Positions 1 to 8,264 of a DNA stretch of 44,102 nt are shown piece after piece. The translations under genes and the position numbers were made by a program. Each line of letters opens with the position of its first letter. Position 1 is the stretch's first letter. The notes under the pieces were generated by a model. That model saw nothing but the letters and a program-made list of their open reading frames with translations. It was not told the origin of the DNA and ran no database searches. Origin of the DNA: a virus (lineage: Duplodnaviria > Caudoviricetes); the IMG/VR virus record IMGVR_UViG_3300046717_000245, positions 1 through 44,102 of that record; one strand, 5' to 3'.

Positions 1-73
1 CGTCGGAAGGACCGATCGCCACCCCGGGGGGGGCTATGTTTTCGGGCGGCGTTGCGGTTGTTGCGAAGCGGCT

Positions 74-763
74 TCATCGCTTTTTTGCTCGCCCCCTTGC
101 CGGCTTCGTCTTGCCGTTCGCCGGCGATGGCGGGCGCTCGGTGTCGCTCGTGTCGATGAGCGGCGTCGCCGGGGTCGCGTCGGCAGCCGCCGAGAACTCG
201 AGCGCGAGTTGTCGGATTGGCATGAGCGCGGCGCGCATCTGCGGCGTCGACTCGGACTTCACCACGATCGCCGTGTTCTCGCCGTGAAAGTCGAAGTGGA
301 TCCCGTCTCCCTTCTTGCACGCAAAGGCTTTGCCGATCTTGGCGAGGAGCTTCGGGTTCATGCCGACGCTCGACATGCGGACGCCGTTGCCGTTCGGCCA
401 CACGCGCTCGAGCGGCGGGAAGCCTTCGACGGGTTCGCAGTCTAGGCGCCCGACCTTCTCGATCTCGAAGCGCACGAGCTTGTCGTCGGTCACGACCTGG
501 ATCGTGCCCTCCTCATCGGCGAGCATAGCGAGCAGCTTCTTTGCGCGATCGGAACTGATCGCCGCTCGGCCTGGCACGTCGACGGCGGCGTCGAATTGAC
601 GTTCGGCGCACCACACGCCGTCGGTCGCCATCGCTTTCGGCTGTGGCCATTCGAGCTCGAGGCACACCGAGTTCATGCTCGGACGTTCGCGATCGCTCGA
701 TGCCGCGCACACGACCGACGTGAGCGCGACTCTCAATTCGTTGATGGGGACTTGGGCTCGCAT
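74..763 (-). CDS. Truncated DNA polymerase III beta sliding clamp-like protein
   Basis: Start MRAQVP with GGAGG RBS; DnaN-like motifs AASSDRERPSMNSVCLE..AMATDG, GFPPLERVWP, VGMNPKLL, ALMPIR; only 229 aa. Confidence 0.75.
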   Translation of the reverse strand: MRAQVPINELRVALTSVVCAASSDRERPSMNSVCLELEWPQPKAMATDGVWCAERQFDAAVDVPGRAAISSDRAKKLLAMLADEEGTIQVVTDDKLVRFEIEKVGRLDCEPVEGFPPLERVWPNGNGVRMSSVGMNPKLLAKIGKAFACKKGDGIHFDFHGENTAIVVKSESTPQMRAALMPIRQLALEFSAAADATPATPLIDTSDTERPPSPANGKTKPARGRAKKR

Positions 764-921
764 GCATCCTCCTCGTCTTGGGTTCGGGGCCGTGGCGGTT
801 TCTTCGGCAAGAGCTCGGGGTCGTGCATCCATGCCGGCAAGGGGCGCGTCGCCTTCGACGAGAGGATGTAGCCGCCTCGCTCGCCCTCTTTGCTGAAGCG
901 GTCCTTGCGGCGCGGCCTCAT
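733..921 (-). CDS. Small hypothetical protein
   Basis: ATGA overlap with the stop of the replication gene; 62 aa. Confidence 0.45.
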   Translation of the reverse strand: MRPRRKDRFSKEGERGGYILSSKATRPLPAWMHDPELLPKKPPRPRTQDEEDACEPKSPSTN

Positions 922-1928
922 GCTCCGCCGCCCTTCCCGCCAGCCTCGAGGGCGGCAAGGCGTTGCTTGTCGGCCTTGGCTTTGGCTTCGAGCTCCTCGC
1001 GCGTGCTGACATTTCGCACCGGCGGTGTGCCGTTCAGTTTGCCGTTCAGGTGCACGGGCTCGGATGGCGGACGGCGCACCGGCGCGCTCGGTGGCTCAGA
1101 CGCTCTCACGGCTTCGGGCGGACGTGGCTTCTTCGGTATTCCGTATTTGTTGAGGCGTTTCTCAAGCCAACGAGGGGGATGCGCGTTGTCGACGAGCTCT
1201 GCTTCATCGTCTCGCAGGTAGGCCCGCATCCAGTGATGCAGCCAGACCTCACGATCACCCTTCGATTCCGCGAGCTGGCCGATGCGTCGAAGCGCGGCTT
1301 CGTCGGACTGCTTGCCCACGGAGCTCGTGAGCATGAACGGCCGGTGGTGTCGTTTCAGAAAAAACGCGCTGTAGATGCGCAGGGCCGCGTCGAAGGGCGA
1401 CTCGCCCGAGGACTCGGCCCGCTGCGCCTCGGGCGTCGTTGGGTCCGATTTCGAAAATCCCCCCGCCCTGCCCCCTGGGGGGTTGGGGGGTATTTTGTCC
1501 TGTCCTCTCCTGTCCTGTCCTGTAGGCGTTACATCCGTTTCACCATGAAACGTTACAGGCTCACCTAAGCCCTTGTTTTTCCTGTGTTCACGTACACGAT
1601 CCGTGCTCGACTTCGGTCCAGCCCACTCTCTCCATTTGTTGATAGTGAGTCGGTGCGTGACAAAATCGCGATCGATCGTGATCACCTTTTGTCCGGATTC
1701 GTCTGGCAGAGAGAAAATTTTGAGTGCCTCCCGCACCTCTCGGCGGTTGCCCCCGAGCAGGTCGTGAACCGCCCGGAGCGTTTCCCACTTGACAGGCAGA
1801 TCGAGGACGCCGGCGGTCGGCCGAGCCTCGAGGGAGAGCTCGAGCAGCACGAAACGTAGCGCTCGCGGGATCGACTTCTTCGGCCCTTTCATGAGACGTC
1901 GATGCGCGGGCACCCACTCGGCGGTCAC
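918..1928 (-). CDS. Phage replication initiator / replisome organiser
   Basis: GTGA-coupled start at 1928; N-terminal helical domain, STDRVREHR motif, low-complexity linker with PPNPP, internal AT-richer DNA repeats; position in the cro operon. Confidence 0.65.
   Translation of the reverse strand: MTAEWVPAHRRLMKGPKKSIPRALRFVLLELSLEARPTAGVLDLPVKWETLRAVHDLLGGNRREVREALKIFSLPDESGQKVITIDRDFVTHRLTINKWREWAGPKSSTDRVREHRKNKGLGEPVTFHGETDVTPTGQDRRGQDKIPPNPPGGRAGGFSKSDPTTPEAQRAESSGESPFDAALRIYSAFFLKRHHRPFMLTSSVGKQSDEAALRRIGQLAESKGDREVWLHHWMRAYLRDDEAELVDNAHPPRWLEKRLNKYGIPKKPRPPEAVRASEPPSAPVRRPPSEPVHLNGKLNGTPPVRNVSTREELEAKAKADKQRLAALEAGGKGGGA
1496..1557. repeat. Candidate replication origin repeats inside the initiator gene
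   Basis: TGTCC-TGTCC-TCTCC-TGTCC-TGTCC (1496-1520), then GTTACA 1528, GTTTCA 1537, TGAAAC 1546, GTTACA 1552 in a locally AT-richer tract; lambdoid origins lie inside the initiator gene. Confidence 0.45.
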
Positions 1929-2476
1929 GGCGCCTCGAAGCGATCGTCGGTTGGGGTGAACGTTGTTCGAAAGCATGACCCGATCGCCCGATAGAGGACA
2001 TCGGGCGGCACGCATACGCACTCTGTCCAATACCCTTCGTTTGGCACTCGGATCGTCGCGTAGTCTTTGCGCCACTCGGCGCCGCGCATTCGCCAGGCCG
2101 ATTGCAGTTGCGGGACGGGAAACAGGTGACACCGGCCGAGCGGCAGAACGGCGTAGGCGATGTAATCCGCCAGAAGGGGCTTGACGATCCAGCCAGGCGA
2201 CTCCTTCTCGAGATCCGACCATGTCTCGAGCGCGATGTCCTCGAAGGCCTGGCCGTGCTGATTGCGAAACCGGACCTTCTCGTCGATCAAGACGAGCTTA
2301 CCCGTGCACAGGGTGACGGATCGATCGACGCCGGCGGCCTGCCAATAGCCGTTGCGGCTGTGCTTCGTCATGCTCGCGAAGTCAGGGAAGAACTCGCGAT
2401 AGATTCTCTCCCACTCCGGCCAGTCTTCGGCCCGGTGAGAGCGCTCGAGCGACTCGGCGAAGTTGTGGACCGTCAT
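1925..2476 (-). CDS. PD-(D/E)xK-fold nuclease-like protein
   Basis: QAAGVD...LIDEKVR motif and DIALE..SD..GW; ATGA-coupled to the methyltransferase. Confidence 0.6.
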   Translation of the reverse strand: MTVHNFAESLERSHRAEDWPEWERIYREFFPDFASMTKHSRNGYWQAAGVDRSVTLCTGKLVLIDEKVRFRNQHGQAFEDIALETWSDLEKESPGWIVKPLLADYIAYAVLPLGRCHLFPVPQLQSAWRMRGAEWRKDYATIRVPNEGYWTECVCVPPDVLYRAIGSCFRTTFTPTDDRFEAP

Positions 2477-3573
2477 GCTTCGTTGCCCCATCGGGCCCAT
2501 CCGTCGCGAGCTCGGCGGGCGAAGAGTTCGACGCGCGCGAGCTCGGGATACATGCGCTCGATGAGCTCGTAGAAGATCGCCGGCTTCTCACTGTGCTTGC
2601 CGCGCGGCGATTCGACGACGGACGAGGGCCGGTCGCTCGGCATCGGCGTCGGCGGCTCGCCCCTCGTCGCGATCAAGAGAAGCTCGTGCTTTTGCCTGGC
2701 GTAGTACCCCATCCCGATCTTGTCCTTCACCCACACCATGCACGTGCGATAGGTGAAGGCCCAAGCGTCGAGCACGTGCATGGCCTCGGCGAGCTTCGGC
2801 GACGTTGCCCACAAGAAAAGCACCGCGTCGTCGGTCGCGAGCCTCTTGCCGACGGAGAGCGCGCAGATCTCCTCGAGGGCCATCGTGGGGTATTGGTTTT
2901 CGATCGCGCGCGACTCGGTCTCGATGTGCTCGTAGCGCCAAGGGGGATCGACGTAGAGGATCGGAAAACGTCCGAGCTCGCCCGTCAAAGGCGTCTCGTT
3001 TTTGCTGGTTTCGACGAGCTTCGCGATCCGGCCTTCGCGTCGGAGCTCGTTCGCCACTTTGCGGAAATCGCCCAGATCGCCGAGCTTCGCGAGCGCCTTG
3101 CCGCGCATGCTCTCGGGCATGCGCGCGAGCTGGACGGCGCCACTCGTCGACGGCACATGACCGTTCTTGCGCTCCGTCGCGACATAGGTGTCCAGCTCCT
3201 TCGACGAGAGCGAAGCGACCTTTTCGAACTCAGCCGCACGTTGCTTCGTGACGCCAACCGATTCGAGGGCATCGCGCTTTAACGAAGTCCGCGCATCGGA
3301 CTTGGTTTTGTTCCCGCGGCCCGGCCCGGGAGCGGAGGTCTTTGGCAACTCTCTTGCGAGTGCACCCATGCGGGCGTCCGCGCGCAAGATGATCTCTCCG
3401 GCGTCGAGCGCGATCTCCTTGCCGGCCTTCTGTGTACGGGCGTACGCCTTCATGGCCACCGCGACGTCGCGGATCTTCTTGACCTCGTCGGTACGAGTCG
3501 CCTCGGCGAGCATGACCCGCGCCCGCTCGACGGCGAGGAGGCCGGGGCGCGACGGGGCGAGCGCCGCCGTCAT
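2473..3573 (-). CDS. MT-A70 family N6-adenine methyltransferase with N-terminal helical domain
   Basis: DPPW, YPTM, LFLWAT, WVK, HELLL, HSEKP, ELFAR, GWARWGNE motifs in family order. Confidence 0.9.
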   Translation of the reverse strand: MTAALAPSRPGLLAVERARVMLAEATRTDEVKKIRDVAVAMKAYARTQKAGKEIALDAGEIILRADARMGALARELPKTSAPGPGRGNKTKSDARTSLKRDALESVGVTKQRAAEFEKVASLSSKELDTYVATERKNGHVPSTSGAVQLARMPESMRGKALAKLGDLGDFRKVANELRREGRIAKLVETSKNETPLTGELGRFPILYVDPPWRYEHIETESRAIENQYPTMALEEICALSVGKRLATDDAVLFLWATSPKLAEAMHVLDAWAFTYRTCMVWVKDKIGMGYYARQKHELLLIATRGEPPTPMPSDRPSSVVESPRGKHSEKPAIFYELIERMYPELARVELFARRARDGWARWGNEA

Positions 3574-3695
3574 CGCTCGCCCCGCCGACGATCGCGTTTG
3601 TACTGCTCGATGGCGCAGCGGATGGCGCGCCGCTTTCGGACTTCTTCATCCACGAACAAGACGAGCGCGACGAGCGCAGCGCAGACGACGAGCAT
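3570..3695 (-). CDS. 41-aa single-TM peptide (MLVVCAALVALVLFVDEEVRKRR...)
   Basis: Translated manually; GAGG RBS; stop overlaps MTase ATG; hydrophobic N-terminus, basic tail. Confidence 0.5.
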   Translation of the reverse strand: MLVVCAALVALVLFVDEEVRKRRAIRCAIEQYKRDRRRGER

Positions 3696-3698
3696 GGT

Positions 3699-3890
3699 TC
3701 ACCTCTTCGGTCGGTGGGCGGCGTGAAGCTGCAAGAACTGCTGAAGGTCGTCCTCGAGGTCTCTGCCGGCGCACCACCGCGCGCCACCGCAAGGGCAGGT
3801 GGCGACCAGGCCGAGCTCGGCGGCGATGGCCTTGAGTGCTTCGCGAACGTCGGCGGGCGTGACGGTGATGGGTGGCCCCGACCACGCCAC
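3699..3890 (-). CDS. Small hypothetical protein (CPCG...H..H, possible Zn-binding)
   Basis: Fills gap in operon directly after cro. Confidence 0.5.
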   Translation of the reverse strand: MAWSGPPITVTPADVREALKAIAAELGLVATCPCGGARWCAGRDLEDDLQQFLQLHAAHRPKR

Positions 3891-3892
3891 GA

Positions 3893-4114
3893 CTACCCCC
3901 GCACCGGCTTTTCCCAGTCCTCCGGAGCGAGGCGGCCGCGGGTGATCTTGCTCATGAGGGCGGCCGTGGGGTTCGAAACCTTGCGGTGCCCGTGCCGAGC
4001 GCGCGACAGGATCGTGCGATGAAAGGTCTGGCGGAGCTTCTTGGCGACGGGTCCCCCTTCGGTGAGGATCCGATCGAGGACGACCGCGGCACGGCTACGC
4101 TGGCGCTCCACCAT
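3893..4114 (-). CDS. Cro-like HTH regulator
   Basis: 73 aa, divergent from repressor; ILSRARHGHRKVSNPTAALMSKITRGRL..EDW resembles Cro/YdaS pattern. Confidence 0.7.
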   Translation of the reverse strand: MVERQRSRAAVVLDRILTEGGPVAKKLRQTFHRTILSRARHGHRKVSNPTAALMSKITRGRLAPEDWEKPVRG

Positions 4115-4122
4115 GAATTCCG

Positions 4123-4167
4123 CTGATAGCCAAAGAGCTACGTGTAGTCAAGCGGCTCCGCGTAGTC
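4123..4167 (-). promoter_or_regulatory. cro promoter with tandem degenerate operators
   Basis: Minus-strand TTGACT(4151-4146)-17nt-TATCAG; operator-like ATAGCC-AAAG-AGCTAC 4126, GTAGTC-AAGC-GGCTCC 4144, half-site GTAGTC 4162 (18-bp period). Confidence 0.65.
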
Positions 4168-4213
4168 GATCGCGACCCGAGACGCGCGCTAGGCGGCAGA
4201 CGAAGGGTTTCCT

Positions 4214-4242
4214 TTGCGGCGGCGTAGCCAGGTGGCTACACT
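4214..4242 (+). promoter_or_regulatory. Repressor promoter overlapped by perfect operator GTAGCC-AGGT-GGCTAC (4224-4239)
   Basis: TTGCGG(4214)-17nt-TACACT(4237); ATG at 4253. Confidence 0.7.
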
Positions 4243-4252
4243 CGCGATCGAG

Positions 4253-4801
4253 ATGGACCTCCTCCCCGCCCTCGCCGATCGAGTCTGGTTCGCCTACCAC
4301 TGTCTGCCCCGCGACAAGGCGGGCGCTCCGCCCTCGCTTCGTTCGCTCGAGGCCGCCTGCGGACTGGCGAACGGAACGATCCAGAAGACCGCCAAGGGCC
4401 AGCGTAAAGAGCACACCAAGAGCACGTTTCGCCTGATGGCGCAGGCTCTTCGGGTGACGGAATCGTGGCTCGAGTTCGGCGGCGACAACGGTCCGATCCC
4501 GACGGGCATGGTGCCGCCGCGGCCGGGGCTCAAGTGGACGGTCTACGGCGAGATGACGGGGTGGTCGGAAGCGGTCGAGGAGGCGAAGCGGGACGATCGG
4601 CAGATCGTGCCGCCCGAAGCGTTTCGCGCGGGTGCCGCTTGGCCCGTCGAACGTCCGTTTTCTCGCGTCACGCCCGAGATCGCGACCTTCGTTTCGGGGC
4701 TCGCCTGGCAATTGACACCGCCCGACGTGCAAGCGCGCTACTCGACCGAGGAGGCGCGCGCCGTCGCGCATGCCCGCCGCCGTCACGGTCGGACGGCTTA
4801 G
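4253..4801 (+). CDS. CI-like XRE-family HTH repressor without S24 peptidase domain
   Basis: SLRSLEAACGLANGTIQKTAKGQR...MAQALRVTESWLEFG is a typical XRE HTH; divergent from cro. Confidence 0.8.
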   Translation: MDLLPALADRVWFAYHCLPRDKAGAPPSLRSLEAACGLANGTIQKTAKGQRKEHTKSTFRLMAQALRVTESWLEFGGDNGPIPTGMVPPRPGLKWTVYGEMTGWSEAVEEAKRDDRQIVPPEAFRAGAAWPVERPFSRVTPEIATFVSGLAWQLTPPDVQARYSTEEARAVAHARRRHGRTA

Positions 4802-5033
4802 CTCGCCCGCGGCCCATCTTCGCGTACGCGGCTGTGCGATGGTTCGCGATAGCCCCCGACCTGGCACGAGCGGGCCGATTCGTATCGAGCCGTATCGATG
4901 CGCCGCTCGGCGGAGCGTACGTACCGTGCGTTTGAGTGCCTTCGCGTGCGCTTCGGAGCGTTCGCGCACTCCTGGGATTTATTGATAAAACCGCGCGGAT
5001 TACCTCTTTTCTTGCGAAAAGGGTGGGCGCATT

Positions 5034-5393
5034 GTGATTCGTCCAATGCAGAGCCGCGAAGGGGTTAGGGCGGCCCTTGGTCCGTTGTCGGGGGCGGGGG
5101 CGAGAACTGTCGATGCAATCGTGACGGCGGTACGACAACGCGTCGGCGCCGACGTCGATACCGATCCGCGCGTGGTTGCGCTCGAGCTCGGCAACGAGCT
5201 CCTGGCCGTCACCGACCGGCGAACGCTCGCTCCGGGCGTACGCGCGGAGCTTCGGGGCAACCGGATCCTCTACCGGTGGACGCACGATGATTGGCGCACG
5301 AATCTCTGGATCGGGATCGGCCTCGCCCTGAAACAGGCGAGGCCCGCGCTCCGAAGCTGCCGCCCGACGTGCGTCCGAATCGCGCGCCCCTGA
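5034..5393 (+). CDS. Degenerate ImmA/IrrE-like protein lacking HExxH (possibly pseudogene)
   Basis: DPRVVALELG...RILYR...RTNLWIGIGLA resembles the ImmA N-terminal pattern up to the position of RFTIAHELxH; directly follows the repressor. Confidence 0.4.
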   Translation: MIRPMQSREGVRAALGPLSGAGARTVDAIVTAVRQRVGADVDTDPRVVALELGNELLAVTDRRTLAPGVRAELRGNRILYRWTHDDWRTNLWIGIGLALKQARPALRSCRPTCVRIARP

Positions 5394-5396
5394 ACT

Positions 5397-5441
5397 GGCT
5401 ACACGTAGCCTGTTGACTCTACGTAGCCAGAAGGCTACCGT
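5397..5441 (+). promoter_or_regulatory. Early rightward promoter with operator array
   Basis: TTGACT(5413)-17nt-TACCGT(5436); GGCTAC half-site 5397, GTAGCC-TGTT-GACTCT 5405, perfect GTAGCC-AGAA-GGCTAC 5423-5438. Confidence 0.75.
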
Positions 5442-5449
5442 CCGGCACC

Positions 5450-5767
5450 ATGACGTCCCAAGAGAGGGATGCCCCGGGTGGTGTGGGGCAGACGATCATC
5501 GGAGACACCAAGGCGCGCGAACGCCTGACCACTTCGATCCTCGAGCTCGCCGATCGCGCCGATGCTGAAAAGGCCGAGGTGCAAGCTCGCGCCGAGCCGG
5601 TCATCGTCGCGGCGCGGCTCGTGCTCGGCGACGGCGATCGACGCACGGCCGCGGCGCTCCTCGATTGGGTAGCCGCCCAATTTCGCGGGCGCTCCTTCAT
5701 CGCAGTTGCCGAGGACTACGAGCGCCAGGCCAAAGAGTGCCGTCGGCGAAGGACGACCGGGAAATGA
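5450..5767 (+). CDS. Hypothetical protein, first gene of early operon
   Basis: ATG 9 nt after -10 box; ATGA-coupled to next gene. Confidence 0.65.
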   Translation: MTSQERDAPGGVGQTIIGDTKARERLTTSILELADRADAEKAEVQARAEPVIVAARLVLGDGDRRTAAALLDWVAAQFRGRSFIAVAEDYERQAKECRRRRTTGK

Positions 5768-6702
5768 TTCCGCACGGCCTTCCTATGTTCGATCCCAACG
5801 AGCGCGGCATCCATCCGGGCCTCTCATGGGAGCGTTACTTGTCGGTCAACCGGACACGCATCTCGAACTTGAAAGAGATGGCGCGCTCGCCGTTGCACTA
5901 TCAACACAGGCTCATCAACGCCAAGAAGACGGCGCCGCTCGAGCTCGGGCGCACCGCGCACGCTGCCGTGCTCGAGCCCGAGCGGTTCGAAAAAGACTAC
6001 GTCCTATGGGACGAGCGAACGGCGGCGGGCACCGTTCGGCCGCGGCGGGGCAAGGATTGGGATGCGTTCTGCGCCGAGAATTCCGGCAAGACGATCATCC
6101 GCGCCGAGGAACATGGCTTCGCGTGCGCGATCCGCAACGCGGTCCGCAGCAACCGGGTGGCGGCGAAGTACCTGGACTCTGGCTACGCCGAAGTGGCGAT
6201 GATCTGGGATGACGTCGCGACCGGCCGCAAGTGCAAAGGCCGCGTCGACTGGATCACGCACGTCGAAGGGATCGACGCGATCGTCGGCCTCAAGACGACG
6301 CGGGACGGGGATCTACGCGCCTTCGCGAACCAAGCCGCGAAGCTCCTCTATCACTTGCAGTGGGCTTACTACGCCGACGGCTACCTGGAGGCGACGGGCA
6401 AGAAGGCGCGCGTCGTCGAGATCGTCGTCGAGGCGGCCCCGCCTCACGATGTCGTTGTCTACATCGTGCCGGCCGAGGTCCTCGAATTCGGCCGCGAAGA
6501 ATACCGGCGCCTGCTCGAGCAGCTCGAGGAGTGCGGGAAGACAGGTCGTTGGCCCGGGCGCGCGAGCAACGAGGTCATTTTCGAATTGCCCGCCTATCTG
6601 CAACCGGACGACGACGACGTCGGAGAGCTCGAACTAGAGGGCGTCGCGCGCGCAAGGGCGGTTGCCGCTCTGAACGAAGGCATCCACGAAGACGAGCTAT
6701 GA
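5764..6702 (+). CDS. RecE/exonuclease VIII-like PD-(D/E)xK protein
   Basis: ISNLK..SPLHY, GRTAHAAVLEP, KCKGRVDW, xLKTT, YHLQWAYY motifs. Confidence 0.85.
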   Translation: MIPHGLPMFDPNERGIHPGLSWERYLSVNRTRISNLKEMARSPLHYQHRLINAKKTAPLELGRTAHAAVLEPERFEKDYVLWDERTAAGTVRPRRGKDWDAFCAENSGKTIIRAEEHGFACAIRNAVRSNRVAAKYLDSGYAEVAMIWDDVATGRKCKGRVDWITHVEGIDAIVGLKTTRDGDLRAFANQAAKLLYHLQWAYYADGYLEATGKKARVVEIVVEAAPPHDVVVYIVPAEVLEFGREEYRRLLEQLEECGKTGRWPGRASNEVIFELPAYLQPDDDDVGELELEGVARARAVAALNEGIHEDEL

Positions 6703-7193
6703 GCGAAGAACTAAAGTCGCTGCCAAAGCCGGTCGACTGGGACGAGCTCTATCCCGGCAAGTTCTTGAAGTCCGGCGAGCTCAAGGGTCGCAAGTTCACG
6801 CTCACGATCAAGAGCGTCGATGCCTACGAGATCGACGGTGAGGTGAAGGGCGGGATCGGCTTCAAGGAAACGCCGAAGCTCATCACGTTGAACAAGATCA
6901 ACGGGCTCTGCCTTCGCGCCATGTTCGGCCGCAAGGTGCAAGAGTGGGTCGGCAAGCGCATCACGATCTACCCCGACGTCGTGAAGGAAGCGGGGAAGAT
7001 GCAAGGGGAGCCGTGCATCCGGATATGGGGCTCGCCCGACATTGCGCACGATCTCGATGTTCCGATCGAGCTTCGCCGGCGACGTCCTTACACGATGACC
7101 ATGCACAAGGTCACGAAGGCCGCGGCCGCGGCGGCGCCGAGCTCGAGCGGCGGCGAGCCGAAGCAACGAGAACCGGGAGACGACGACCTATGA
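6699..7193 (+). CDS. Putative ssDNA-binding / recombination accessory protein
   Basis: Follows exonuclease; KFLKSGEL..LTIKSV..LNKIN..FG..EWVGKRITIYP pattern; acidic tail EPGDDDL. Confidence 0.55.
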   Translation: MSEELKSLPKPVDWDELYPGKFLKSGELKGRKFTLTIKSVDAYEIDGEVKGGIGFKETPKLITLNKINGLCLRAMFGRKVQEWVGKRITIYPDVVKEAGKMQGEPCIRIWGSPDIAHDLDVPIELRRRRPYTMTMHKVTKAAAAAAPSSSGGEPKQREPGDDDL

Positions 7194-7738
7194 GCAGCTC
7201 GATCTTTGCCGCAACCACGTCGGTCGCCGTCGAGAAGTCGAAGGCCGAGCTCGAGCGGCTTCTCGTGAAGCATGGCGCTGCGCAATACGGGACGGCGCAC
7301 GACGACCTGAACGGGTTCGCCGTCGTCTACTTCGCGCTTGGCGGGCGACATATCCGCCTACAGATCCCCATCCCGAAGTTCGACGCGTGGCCGGACCCAA
7401 AGCTCCCTTACCAGAAGAAGAAGACGCCTCAGATGTGGCTTCGTTGGGGCGAGGCGACCCGCATGCAATGGGTCCGCGAGCAATGGGAACAGGCCTGCCG
7501 CCAGCGTTGGCGGTGCATGCTGCTCATCGTCAGAGCCAAGCTCGAGCTCATTGGAATGCAGCTCTCGACCGTCGAGCGTGAGTTCCTCGCCGACATCACG
7601 CTGCCCGACGGGCGAAGCGTGGGCGAATGGCTCCGGCCCGGAATCGAGAAGGCCTACCTCGGCGGCGCGATGCCCCGGATGCTCGGCATGGGCCCGAGCG
7701 TCGTCGACGGCGAGCTCGAGGAGGGAAACGAACCGTGA
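7190..7738 (+). CDS. Conserved phage hypothetical protein
   Basis: ATGA-coupled; TSV.VEKSKAELERLL..HGA...RQRWR..LL..RAKLE...EFLA pattern recurrent in phage early regions. Confidence 0.7.
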   Translation: MSSSIFAATTSVAVEKSKAELERLLVKHGAAQYGTAHDDLNGFAVVYFALGGRHIRLQIPIPKFDAWPDPKLPYQKKKTPQMWLRWGEATRMQWVREQWEQACRQRWRCMLLIVRAKLELIGMQLSTVEREFLADITLPDGRSVGEWLRPGIEKAYLGGAMPRMLGMGPSVVDGELEEGNEP

Positions 7739-7766
7739 AGACGTCACCAAAGAAAGGGATCACCAA

Positions 7767-7925
7767 ATGAACGCTCTCATCCCGGTCCTCTGCGCCATCG
7801 CCGGTGCGCTCGTGTACGCGCTTGCCTCGCACCCGAAACTCGGCGAGCTCGCGCGCCTCCTCTTCATGGCGGCCATCTTCGCCGTCATGTTCGCGTTCGC
7901 CGGCCGCTCGATCCATCTGTTTTGA
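7767..7925 (+). CDS. 52-aa two-TM membrane protein
   Basis: AAAGGGA RBS; two hydrophobic helices. Confidence 0.65.
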   Translation: MNALIPVLCAIAGALVYALASHPKLGELARLLFMAAIFAVMFAFAGRSIHLF

Positions 7926-7928
7926 GTG

Positions 7929-8264
7929 ATGAGGATCGTCTACATCGCGGGTCCCTTTCGCGGGCCCAACAGTTGGGAGATCGAGCGCAACGTGCGTCGC
8001 GCCGAGGAGCTCGCCTATGAGGTCTTCCAGCTCGGCGTCATGCCGCTGATCCCGCACGCGAATACGCGTTGGTTTCATGGGCAAGGCCCCGACGAGTTTT
8101 GGCTCGAGGGGACGAAAGAGCTCCTTCGACGCTGCGATGCGATCATCCTGGCAGAGGATTGGCTTCGCTCGTCGGGCGCATGCGGCGAACGCGACGAGGC
8201 CTTCGCGCGCGGCATTCCGATCTTCCACAAGGTGAGCGAGCTCGCCGAATGGCTCGGACAATGA
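7929..8264 (+). CDS. DUF4406 / nucleoside 2-deoxyribosyltransferase-like protein
   Basis: VYIAGPFRG, PH, LLRRCDAI, W..SSGA..E...A...GIPIF motifs. Confidence 0.8.
   Translation: MRIVYIAGPFRGPNSWEIERNVRRAEELAYEVFQLGVMPLIPHANTRWFHGQGPDEFWLEGTKELLRRCDAIILAEDWLRSSGACGERDEAFARGIPIFHKVSELAEWLGQ

Noticed and set aside
4802-5033. Possible ncRNA or minus-strand ORF (4798-5046) after the repressor
   Set aside because: Only a modest GAGTGC...GCACTC hairpin before an AT-rich tract; ORF lacks coding features; probably terminator/promoter DNA
4126-5438. Regularly spaced GTAGCC/GGCTAC repeats as a mini-CRISPR array
   Set aside because: Units are 16-bp palindromes at 18-bp period overlapping promoters, with no spacers and no cas genes
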